Shown here: in pieces, positions 55,924 to 64,000 of the stretch
Layout of the letters: the number at the start of each line of letters is the position of its first letter
Numbering within the stretch: the first letter of the stretch is position 1
Source of the DNA: a virus
DNA: 64,000 nt
Strand: one strand, 5' to 3'
IMG/VR virus record: IMGVR_UViG_3300035665_000004
Coordinates: 57,947-121,946 of that record
The notes under the pieces: model-generated
The model's database searches: none
The model's input: only the letters and a program-made list of their open reading frames with translations
Told to the model about the DNA's origin: nothing
Program-made: the position numbers and the translations under genes

Positions 55924-57561
55924 TTAGAAATGTAAGTGTTTTTTTCTTAGTAATTTATGAATTTCAGGTTTGAGATTATTAGTTTCAACAATCTCTATTT
56001 GTTGATTTTCAACATTAAAGATGGGATGTTTATGATTTTCGGAAAATGATAAACCACTACCATCTACAGAAATAACCCACTCTTCTTTCTCAATGGTATC
56101 GTTAACAATCACAGATTTTAACTCACCCGTATGTGTTAGAACTCGTTCACCAATAATCACATCACTAATTTTTTTATTTCCAAATTCAGTATGGATAAGA
56201 GTATCTGACTTTACACAATCCCCTTCAGAAAAAGCAATACTACAAATTGACCTATCTTTAGAATAACAATCAATTAACTTATGAAGTTTTCCTCGTTTCC
56301 CTTTCTGATTTTTTTTCACCTTAGCCATATCAGAAATACGTTGTCTAAATTCGGCTCTTGATAAAACTTCGTCAACCCAATCTTTGTTTTGAGAAATAAA
56401 TTTACCAATATTATCTATCACCATTTTGTCAATATGTTTTTTGATCTCTGGGGAAATCAAACGTGTTTTTGATTGATTGTCATATCGAGGATTTTTCATT
56501 TTTACATCGGCAATAACCAACATATTATGTCTAACATCATGTTTATTAAGTTCAATCTTTCTTTTCTTACATTCAGATTTAAGTTTTTCAGTTACAGATG
56601 AAAAGAAAGTATTGAAAAACATAAATGCTGCTGTCCCACCTTCAAATAACAAAGAGGAATTAACATAAACAAATACTTTTTCATCAATACCCTGATACTT
56701 ATCCAAAATTAAATAATATTTTGCTGTGAATTCTGGATCAACATATTTAAATTCAAAAAATCTATCAGAAACATTTTTGATGTATTCACCCATACCACCT
56801 TTGAAACAAAAATCTTCCTCAATATGTTCTTCCTCACCATCTGCATCCAACTGTTTTCGAGAATAACTCATTTCAATTTCTGGATTATTAAGAGCAATTT
56901 CAAAAACTCGATTTTCGATTAATTCTGGATCAATTTCAGTAGTAGCAAATTGAGTTAAAGTAGTATCAAATTTAAATTCAGTACCAGTACCAGTATCTTT
57001 ACCTTTATAAATGTTTATTGATGGGGGATCAATTGAATTTGTACCATCCCTATACATCTGTTCATAAAACTTACCATCTCGTTTAATCGAAACTTGAAAT
57101 TCTTCGGATAACATAGCAACAACCGAACTACCAACACCATTAGTTCCAATAACACCACTATCTTTTGAGGAATCATCGAAATTTCTTCCAGAACGCAATT
57201 CTGTGAATACTGTTTCGGGAGTATATCTTCCTGTTTGTGGATGTACGTCAATAGGTACACCACGACCATTATCAACAACTTTAAATCTATTATCGACAAC
57301 ATTATGAAACACCGATATTTTCTTATCTTTCTTTTTTAATTGTGTTAATTCATCAATAGAATTGTCAACAATTTCATTAAATGATTTATATAATGCTGGA
57401 ATAAAATCTTTTTGTTTTATAAAAATATCATTTTTTTCAAAAATTGGCATTTCATAAGATGTCATTTCGGTTGAACCAACATATATTTGTGATCTCAAAC
57501 GACAATGATCTCTATCGGATAATACCTGAATATCGCTTGATGAATAACTCTTATCGGTCAT
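55924..57561 (-). CDS. Type II DNA topoisomerase gp39/GyrB-like N-terminal half ending in a split-intein N fragment
   Basis: GHKL motifs EIVDNSIDE, DNGRGVP and SGRNFDD...GTNGVGS, then YDNQSKTRL and ...KLIDC...FSEGD, followed by intein Cys1 and a stop after 97 aa. Confidence 0.9.
   Translation of the reverse strand: MTDKSYSSSDIQVLSDRDHCRLRSQIYVGSTEMTSYEMPIFEKNDIFIKQKDFIPALYKSFNEIVDNSIDELTQLKKKDKKISVFHNVVDNRFKVVDNGRGVPIDVHPQTGRYTPETVFTELRSGRNFDDSSKDSGVIGTNGVGSSVVAMLSEEFQVSIKRDGKFYEQMYRDGTNSIDPPSINIYKGKDTGTGTEFKFDTTLTQFATTEIDPELIENRVFEIALNNPEIEMSYSRKQLDADGEEEHIEEDFCFKGGMGEYIKNVSDRFFEFKYVDPEFTAKYYLILDKYQGIDEKVFVYVNSSLLFEGGTAAFMFFNTFFSSVTEKLKSECKKRKIELNKHDVRHNMLVIADVKMKNPRYDNQSKTRLISPEIKKHIDKMVIDNIGKFISQNKDWVDEVLSRAEFRQRISDMAKVKKNQKGKRGKLHKLIDCYSKDRSICSIAFSEGDCVKSDTLIHTEFGNKKISDVIIGERVLTHTGELKSVIVNDTIEKEEWVISVDGSGLSFSENHKHPIFNVENQQIEIVETNNLKPEIHKLLRKKHLHF
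55927..56217 (-). other. Split intein N-fragment (97 aa)
   Basis: EGD|CVKSDTLIHT (block A), KKISDVIIGERVLT and SENHKH (block B, S/TxxH). No block F/G or terminal HN before the TAA. Confidence 0.88.
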
Positions 57562-57760
57562 ATAAATTTCTCCAATTTGTAAATATTTTTTATATTATAT
57601 TATATTATACACTATTTTGATGAAAAAATGACAAATTTTACGAAGGTATTTGTTTGAATTTTGATTAAAAATAATATCATTAAATTATACTATTTTAGTC
57701 AACCATCCTTAATGAGTTTGAGTGAGTGTAACACGAGTGAACAAACTATTGAAAATATTA

Positions 57761-58246
57761 TTAGAATTCTGTACCAAACGGTGGTAATACAATGGGGGCA
57801 ACCTTGAATTTATCCCACCCTAGATGATCGGGATGTAAAAAAACTATAGAAGTAACTATGGTCATGCGAAATATTTCACCCAAATCATCAAATTTTTTAC
57901 TATAAGTATTCAATAAATACCCAAGAGTATTCAACAATCTTTGATATTCTTTTTCATCAGGTTGATAAATATCAACTAATTGTTCCACCAACCAACTATA
58001 TTCAAACACATATTCGGTTTCAACACATAGCCAGTTTCCACGCAATTTTTTTGTTATGTCGTTAATACCTTCATTAGTAATAAACAACCCATCTTTTTGC
58101 CATATGGTATCAGTAACATCAAAATAATTTGAATCCATCACACATTCAATTAAACTATCCAACAATTCAAAATATTTTTCATTATCAGTATTCGATCTAA
58201 CCTCACATAATACTTGACCAATAATTGTATCCATGTAAAACTCCAT
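57761..58246 (-). CDS. Hypothetical protein
   Basis: 161-aa acidic ORF; no motif recognised. Confidence 0.7.
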   Translation of the reverse strand: MEFYMDTIIGQVLCEVRSNTDNEKYFELLDSLIECVMDSNYFDVTDTIWQKDGLFITNEGINDITKKLRGNWLCVETEYVFEYSWLVEQLVDIYQPDEKEYQRLLNTLGYLLNTYSKKFDDLGEIFRMTIVTSIVFLHPDHLGWDKFKVAPIVLPPFGTEF

Positions 58247-58430
58247 AATTTATTTTTTCCCTGATTATGTTAAAAACCATTAATTCATTATAATTATAAT
58301 ACCAAAATGTTGAAATAGGTGTATTCAATATTTATTTATCCGTGTGCCAAGTTAATAACAAAAAAAATGCAATAAAAAAGTGGGTCTACCAAGATATTTC
58401 TTCTTAATAGCACCCACCAATTTTTAAAAT

Positions 58431-59051
58431 CTATGCTTTCCTAGTAACATTATAGAAAATATGCCCACCAATCATGACAGTTATTCGCATTCTCCTACAC
58501 CATTTAGGTTTAACATGTCTTTCATGATAGAATTCTGCACCACCGGTAACATCATCTAATTCACCTAGTAATGCCAATAATGCAATTTCTTTTGATTCCG
58601 CATATGATAATCCCCTATGAGGTATATTACTGCGTTTATCACACGTCCAACTAAAAGCACAACTTCTATTGTTGCGAGAATAAACCACCCCACATACTGA
58701 TTTACCATATTTGCCACTACTAACTCTTTTCAAAGTTACATTGGCAATCGCAATCTTCCCTTTCCTAGATTCCCCACCAGCTTCAAAATAAATATTATCC
58801 GCTAAACAGGATAAATCATTAGAACTTTTCACCCCCGAGTTTCTAGAGTTGTTTTTCGATATTTTATTTTCACTTACCAATTTAGGATTTATAGATGTTG
58901 AAAATGCCGTCTTTGCTTCATGTTTAACCGGTTTTTTAGTATTTGAACTAACAACTTTTGAATTTTCTTTAACATCTTTTATTGATGCCTCAGATACATT
59001 AACATGAAACATAAACGCTATCGCCCATAAAATGCAATGCGTATTTTTCAT
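58431..59051 (-). CDS. Cell wall hydrolase, SleB/Hydrolase_2 family (lytic transglycosylase-like)
   Basis: CLADNIYFEAGGE...AIANVTLKRV...VCGVVY...FSW...TGGAEFYH...IGGHIFY, with a hydrophobic N-terminal signal/SAR-like segment. Confidence 0.85.
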   Translation of the reverse strand: MKNTHCILWAIAFMFHVNVSEASIKDVKENSKVVSSNTKKPVKHEAKTAFSTSINPKLVSENKISKNNSRNSGVKSSNDLSCLADNIYFEAGGESRKGKIAIANVTLKRVSSGKYGKSVCGVVYSRNNRSCAFSWTCDKRSNIPHRGLSYAESKEIALLALLGELDDVTGGAEFYHERHVKPKWCRRMRITVMIGGHIFYNVTRKA

Positions 59052-59452
59052 TTTTTTCCCTCAATAATCTTTATAACGATAAATCATTATAACGTTTCTA
59101 TTTGTAACTCTAATCTCTCCAATTATGAAAACCACATATACATTCTTTATGATTCCCTCAACAATTCCATTTCAATGAAACTGTATATATCCGAGGATTA
59201 TTAGCGTTCCACATTCAGTTGTTTTTTGTTATATTACTAAATGAAGAAACTTTTAACTAAACTACTATTCCTCTTTACCCTTGAGAATCGTTTTAAGTTT
59301 TAACCACCAATAATTCCACTACATACAACATTATTATACCATAAAAACTGATATTTTTACTAACAATGTTCCTCATGATGTAGTCAAATTAGAAAAAAGT
59401 TACACTAATGTAGTTTTATTTTACAAAAAAAATATAAAATAATACAACCTAC

Positions 59453-59510
59453 TATTTATATATGTCAAAAAATATTTTTATAGTACAGTTTTGAAATAGT
59501 GGTATAAATA
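59453..59510. promoter_or_regulatory. Divergent pair of late promoters
   Basis: TATAAATA on the - strand (59453-59460, toward the hydrolase) and on the + strand (59503-59510, toward 59549). Confidence 0.6.
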
Positions 59511-59548
59511 AAAGAATAAAACATCACAAATAAAGAGGAAAAAATGTT

Positions 59549-59998
59549 ATGAAATTGATGACTATTTTAAAAGAAGTTAGAGAATTAGAAAATGTGCATA
59601 TGCTATTGGAAGCAGAAAGAAAAGAGATCAATACCATTTACAATGAATCCACAGATGATTCCTTATTCCCAGGTTTTGACATAAATCAATCATACTCTAA
59701 AGAAAAAGCAAAAAGTATTATAGTTAAGGCACAGAACAATAAAAAAGTTGCTGCGGTCAGAGATGATATTATCGCTGCAATCATTGATAATAACCCACAA
59801 ATAAATGATATTAAAACTTTATTGAAATCAAAAACTAAAAACCAAATTACAGTTGACTATTTAACATTATTAGCAGCGGCTCATGGTGGTGAAGATAAAC
59901 TACTTGCGGCATCTGGTGATGAAAAAAGTTTCTTTCAAAAAATCTATGATTTACTTCCAAAAAAATCTGAAACCACAGATACTAAAAATTCAGATTGA
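59549..59998 (+). CDS. Hypothetical late protein
   Basis: 149 aa with a GAGG RBS and a late promoter upstream. Confidence 0.75.
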   Translation: MKLMTILKEVRELENVHMLLEAERKEINTIYNESTDDSLFPGFDINQSYSKEKAKSIIVKAQNNKKVAAVRDDIIAAIIDNNPQINDIKTLLKSKTKNQITVDYLTLLAAAHGGEDKLLAASGDEKSFFQKIYDLLPKKSETTDTKNSD

Positions 59999-60031
59999 TA
60001 GTAAACCATTTTCAACATTATTTCAGACGTT

Positions 60032-60063
60032 AAAAAAAGGAGATTTTAAAATCTCCTTTTTTT
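60032..60063. terminator. Bidirectional terminator
   Basis: AAAAAAAGGAGAT-tttaaa-ATCTCCTTTTTTT between convergent genes. Confidence 0.8.
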
Positions 60064-60083
60064 CAAAATGAAAAAATTAAAAA

Positions 60084-62393
60084 TTAAACATTTTCATTAA
60101 TTTGTTCTTTCTTTGATTTGACATCTAATTTCTTTGCATCTAAATCCTCTTGAGATGTATATTTGAGAGAAATTTCACCATCTTTTGAAACATCAACCTT
60201 AACTCTACCACCTTTAGACAATATACCCAACACAATTTCCTTAGCTATAGGTTTTTTAACAAGGTCTTGTATAACTCGCTTCATAGGTCTAGCACCTAAT
60301 TCTTTATCAAACCCTCTTTCAGCCATAAGTTCTTTTGCAGCTTTAGTAACTGTAAGTTGAACATTTTTGGTTTTAAGTTGATCTCGCACCTCATTAAGAA
60401 TTTTTTCAGCAACTTTAAAAATTTGTTCGTTTCCAAGCACATTGAAACTAATAATACCATCCAATCGATTTCTGAATTCTGGTGAAAATATTTTTTCAAT
60501 TTCTACTTTTGATTTTGATTTTGCCGCATCCTCATTACCAAAACCAACAGTTTTACCAATCTTTGTTCCGGCATTAGTAGTGAAAATAATAAACACATTT
60601 CGGAAATCAGCTTTCGTTCCATCGGATGATGTTAATTCTGCTTCTTCTAAGATTTGAAGAAACGTATTTTGAATTTTAGAATGGGATTTCTCAAATTCAT
60701 CGAGCAACAAAATACAATGTGGATGTTTTTTAATATCGTTGATTAATCGACCACCTTCTTCATAACCAACATAACCTTGTGATGAACCAGTTAACTTAGA
60801 TACACTGGCTTCTTCCATATACTCACTACAATCGATACGCATTAATTTAAGATTTCCGAGTTGTAGTGAAAGTTGTCTTGCCAATTCAGTTTTACCCGTA
60901 CCTGAATTACCCGCTAACAAAAAAGCACCCAACGGTTTATTAGGTTCATTTAAACCTGCTCTCCCCATCATAATCTTATCTACAATTTCATCTACAGCGT
61001 GATCTTGCCCATACAATTTTGTTTTGATATTTTCTGATAAATTTGCCAATCCTAATTTATCATCACCTTCTTCAATTACTACTGGAACTCTAGCTTTTTT
61101 AGAAATTAAATCGGTAATATCCTTTTCTTTAATCGCAATTCTATTATCTGTATTATTTTTAAGTTTGATAATTGAACCAACCTCATCAACAATATCAATT
61201 GCTTTATCTGGGAAATGAAGATCAACTAAATGTTTTCCACTTAAAGACACAATCTGTTTTAAAATTTTATCAGTATATGAAACATTATGGTATTCTTCAA
61301 ATGTTTGCTTCAAACCTTTAAGAATTGCAAACGTAGTTTCTTCATCGGGTTCAGTAATATCAATTTTTTGAAATCTTCGCAACATTGGTTTATTTTTATC
61401 AACCGTACTTTTTGCCTCTTCATACGTAGTTGCACCTGCAATTCTAATTTTACCATTCAACATAGCAGGTTTTAAAATATTTGTTGCATCTAACTGATTA
61501 GAACTATTTGCACCTAAACCGAACATAGTGTGAAATTCATCAATAAATGCTATACAATTTTCTTTGCTTTCCAACTCTTTGAGAATATCTTGTAAACGTT
61601 TTTCAAAATCACCACGAAATTTAGCACCAGCAATCATCGCAGTTACATCAATAGAAAATACTTGCCACCCTGAAATTTGTTTTGGTACAGAACCACCAAC
61701 AATATCAAGGGCTAATTTTTCAGCACACGCAGACTTACCCACTCCAGCCTCACCAACTAACAAAGGATTATTCTTCTTTTTTCGACATAAAATTTGTATC
61801 ATTCGTTCAGTTTCTTCATCTCGTCCAATAACAGGATCTAATTTACCATCACGGGCTAATTCTGTTAAATTTGTGGAGTATAACTCTAACGCTGATTTTT
61901 TCTTTGTTTTTCTACCATTACCAGTATTTTCAGATTGTGGTGGGTATTCTTCATCAACGTGTTCTGGTTCACGAATTTCAGTAATATACTCTTTTAATAC
62001 ATAGGCATCAACACCATATTTACTCATTAAAAATACAGCCATTGTATCTTGTTCGGTAAACATTGCTATCAACAAATCTTCAACCTTTGAGATTTTACCA
62101 GATGATTGAGTATGGAATATGAGATGTTGTAAAATCTTTTTAAACATAATTGTTTGTTTTGGGTGTTTAGCATTTTCAATTTTCTCGATCTCATTAGTCA
62201 AAAATAAATCTACTTCACTGCGTAATTTTTTCCAATCAACATCCAAATCAATCATCAGATTTTGTACCTCTTTCGTACCCAACGAAACAAATAGAATATT
62301 TTCCAATAACAAATATTCCTGTTGTCTCTCAGAAGCATCAACCCATGCTTTGTTGATAATATCTTCTACTTCGGCACTTAATAATTTAATCAT
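60084..62393 (-). CDS. clpA: ATP-dependent Clp protease ATPase ClpA
   Basis: Clp N-domain. NBD1 GEAGVGKS/FIDEFH and NBD2 GNSGTGKT/LLDEFEK. VGF ClpP-docking loop and GARP motif. No middle coiled coil, so not ClpB or ClpC. Confidence 0.9.
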   Translation of the reverse strand: MIKLLSAEVEDIINKAWVDASERQQEYLLLENILFVSLGTKEVQNLMIDLDVDWKKLRSEVDLFLTNEIEKIENAKHPKQTIMFKKILQHLIFHTQSSGKISKVEDLLIAMFTEQDTMAVFLMSKYGVDAYVLKEYITEIREPEHVDEEYPPQSENTGNGRKTKKKSALELYSTNLTELARDGKLDPVIGRDEETERMIQILCRKKKNNPLLVGEAGVGKSACAEKLALDIVGGSVPKQISGWQVFSIDVTAMIAGAKFRGDFEKRLQDILKELESKENCIAFIDEFHTMFGLGANSSNQLDATNILKPAMLNGKIRIAGATTYEEAKSTVDKNKPMLRRFQKIDITEPDEETTFAILKGLKQTFEEYHNVSYTDKILKQIVSLSGKHLVDLHFPDKAIDIVDEVGSIIKLKNNTDNRIAIKEKDITDLISKKARVPVVIEEGDDKLGLANLSENIKTKLYGQDHAVDEIVDKIMMGRAGLNEPNKPLGAFLLAGNSGTGKTELARQLSLQLGNLKLMRIDCSEYMEEASVSKLTGSSQGYVGYEEGGRLINDIKKHPHCILLLDEFEKSHSKIQNTFLQILEEAELTSSDGTKADFRNVFIIFTTNAGTKIGKTVGFGNEDAAKSKSKVEIEKIFSPEFRNRLDGIISFNVLGNEQIFKVAEKILNEVRDQLKTKNVQLTVTKAAKELMAERGFDKELGARPMKRVIQDLVKKPIAKEIVLGILSKGGRVKVDVSKDGEISLKYTSQEDLDAKKLDVKSKKEQINENV

Positions 62394-62592
62394 CTCTTTA
62401 TTCCTTGTTTCAAAATTATAATTTTACACAATAGTTTTAAAGTTCACTGAATAGAATCATAGAAATTTAAATAACTGGGGTGTTAACCAAAACAAACCAC
62501 ATCTTTAATTAAAATATAACTATCGCAAACACAACAAAAACATATCCTACAAATATGATACTAAATTTTTTTATATTTTAAAAAACGAATGT

Positions 62593-62623
62593 GAAAAAAG
62601 GAATCAAATGATTCCTTTTTTTC
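62593..62623 (-). terminator. Terminator between clpS and clpA
   Basis: GAAAAAAGGAATC / GATTCCTTTTTTTC, just after the clpS stop. Confidence 0.7.
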
Positions 62624-62629
62624 ATATTT

Positions 62630-62926
62630 TCAAATTTTCTTCATGATAGTTCTTAGTGGTTGTTTATTTGCTTTTGCGAATTCCGATGCAGCGTAAACTT
62701 TTGATTCGGCTATTTCCTTGGTATAGATACCACATAAACCCTCTCCACCAGAATGTACACTAGCAGTAATATCATTTGCTTCTAATTCTGATTTATTAAA
62801 AATCGTAATCAATGTCATTACTACAAATTGCCAGGTACTATAATCATCATTCAATATAAAAACCGCATATTTACTCGGTCTTTTAATCTTAGTTTTTTCT
62901 TCTACTTCAGGCAATGAAACACTCAA
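62630..62926 (-). CDS. clpS: N-degron adaptor ClpS
   Basis: P.KYAVFILNDDY...FVV..L..IF...A..I...VH..G.G.CGIYTKEIAESKV. Confidence 0.92.
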   Translation of the reverse strand: MSVSLPEVEEKTKIKRPSKYAVFILNDDYSTWQFVVMTLITIFNKSELEANDITASVHSGGEGLCGIYTKEIAESKVYAASEFAKANKQPLRTIMKKI

Positions 62927-62997
62927 AATAAACTCCTCAAATAATAATTAAGATATAGAATATTATACTATATTTTTGACACTTATTTCACAATTTA

Positions 62998-63999
62998 TTA
63001 TTTTTGGTTTATGCCACCATAATAGGATATATTACTTTTTTCACCTAATAATTTGACATAATTCACATAATCTATGTATTCACATCCGATTAACGCAAAT
63101 TGCTTCTTACCATTTTTATAAATTTGTTCCAATTGTGTTGCGTTTGATCCACCAGAAATATCACTGTCAGAAAATAAAATAATGTTAAAGTTTTTTTCAA
63201 ACAGAGTTTTAAGGGTAACGGTAACTAATGATGACAATTCAGTTGCACCATCAAAGCGTTTAGTGAATAAAATATCAGTAGATTCCGTACATTTTACTTC
63301 CGATTTACCAGTTGCAATAAAATCATGTATATCATCAACAATACCATATTTTTTCTTCTGTACATCTACTTTATAAATGTGTACATCATTTGCGTATTTC
63401 AAAACATACATTGTACCATTTAACTTTGAAGCATTCACTTTTAACAGTTGCATAATATCATTTTGCATCTTACCTAAATACTCACCCATCGAACCAGATG
63501 TATCCAATACAAAGCATAAGCTAATTTTATCACTTTTATTATCACGCATACCAGGTTTTACAACACCGACACCAGTTTGAGCAATAGAAACCATCGATGA
63601 TGTGGTTCTTCTCGATGGTTTGGAATAAGATTCATCTTTTACTACCCCACTTGGAATCATCTTTTTAATGAGTGTTTTCCAATCTAGTGATGGTTTATAC
63701 TTCTTATTATCTAATCCATAAGACTGTCCATCGGCTGAATTTTTACCAGAACCAGTATTTTCACCACTCATCATTTTTGATAGATCACCTGGAGATGGTA
63801 AATTTTTATTTACATCACCAACAGTTGAACCAGAAGCATCATTTTGCCCATCACTCAAAATAGAATTATTTTTCTTTCTGACATTATCCATATCATTAAT
63901 TTCAGCGGCTTTTTCTTCTCTTGCTCGTCTTTCATTATCGGCAATACCATCAAGGGCTTCAGCTTCTTTTCTTTTCTGTTCATCGGGATCAGTTCCTTG
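62998..63999 (-). CDS. VWA-domain protein (DUF2201/metallopeptidase-associated type), 5'-truncated by the window
   Basis: LDWKTLIKK...SYSKPSRR...PG...VLDTSGSM (MIDAS). The frame stays open to the window edge beyond the ATG at 63891. Confidence 0.75.
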   Translation of the reverse strand, partial: QGTDPDEQKRKEAEALDGIADNERRAREEKAAEINDMDNVRKKNNSILSDGQNDASGSTVGDVNKNLPSPGDLSKMMSGENTGSGKNSADGQSYGLDNKKYKPSLDWKTLIKKMIPSGVVKDESYSKPSRRTTSSMVSIAQTGVGVVKPGMRDNKSDKISLCFVLDTSGSMGEYLGKMQNDIMQLLKVNASKLNGTMYVLKYANDVHIYKVDVQKKKYGIVDDIHDFIATGKSEVKCTESTDILFTKRFDGATELSSLVTVTLKTLFEKNFNIILFSDSDISGGSNATQLEQIYKNGKKQFALIGCEYIDYVNYVKLLGEKSNISYYGGINQK

Positions 64000-64000
64000 T

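Noticed and set aside
12954-56217. The two intein fragments are halves of one gene
   Set aside because: The exteins belong to different proteins (topoisomerase II N-terminus and PolB C-terminus), so each must have its own partner outside the window.
59052-59548. tRNA or other ncRNA in the large intergenic gap
   Set aside because: No cloverleaf, T-loop (GTTCRA) or strong stem was recognised; only the divergent late promoters are supported.
60084-62393. ClpB or ClpC
   Set aside because: There is no middle coiled-coil domain between the NBDs; a VGF ClpP-docking loop and an adjacent clpS indicate ClpA.
507-63863. Many short antisense or alternate-frame ORFs in the track (e.g. 507..695, 3484..3768, 10915..11244, 11374..11703, 45011..45352, 53811..54203, 61564..62004)
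   Set aside because: They are shadows of longer motif-bearing genes or repeats, with no RBS or recognisable domain.
1-64000. Stop-codon reassignment, as in some jumbo phages
   Set aside because: Long genes read through intact under code 11, and TAA, TAG and TGA all end genes at sensible positions.

Overview
This strongly AT-rich 64-kb window looks like part of a T4-superfamily jumbo myophage. Evidence: T4-type TATAAATA late promoters, a gp43-like PolB, a gp39-like topoisomerase II, RNase H, a DsbA-like protein and large tail/baseplate modules. A Campylobacterota-like host is inferred from the Aer/CetB-type PAS kinase, ClpS/ClpA, the Rep_3 protein and IS605/IS606-like footprints; this is not proven. 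About 30 kb (roughly 24.5-54.7 kb, plus 9.7-11.7 kb) is a modular, paralog-rich set of receptor-binding and tail proteins: five six-bladed Kelch-like propellers, four 'DSIFKKMG' coiled-coil fibres, and chaperones. Five features stand out. (1) A complete phage-encoded phosphorelay (PAS hybrid kinase, receiver protein, degenerate membrane kinase, HPt) wraps around a late-promoter holin-like gene. (2) A plasmid-type replicon (four 23-bp iterons at an exact 32-bp period, a sigma70 promoter, a Rep_3 initiator and a type IA topoisomerase) is embedded among phage genes. (3) Two orphan halves of naturally split inteins (PolB C-half, topoisomerase II N-half) each sit beside a free-standing homing endonuclease. 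(4) A full ClpS-ClpA-ClpP set is present, with an altered ClpS N-degron pocket. (5) FolE, a solo Cas4-like nuclease, a CCA-adding enzyme and a U32-like Fe-S protein are also present. All product calls rest on motifs read by eye; no database search was run. No tRNA, rRNA or CRISPR array was recognised.
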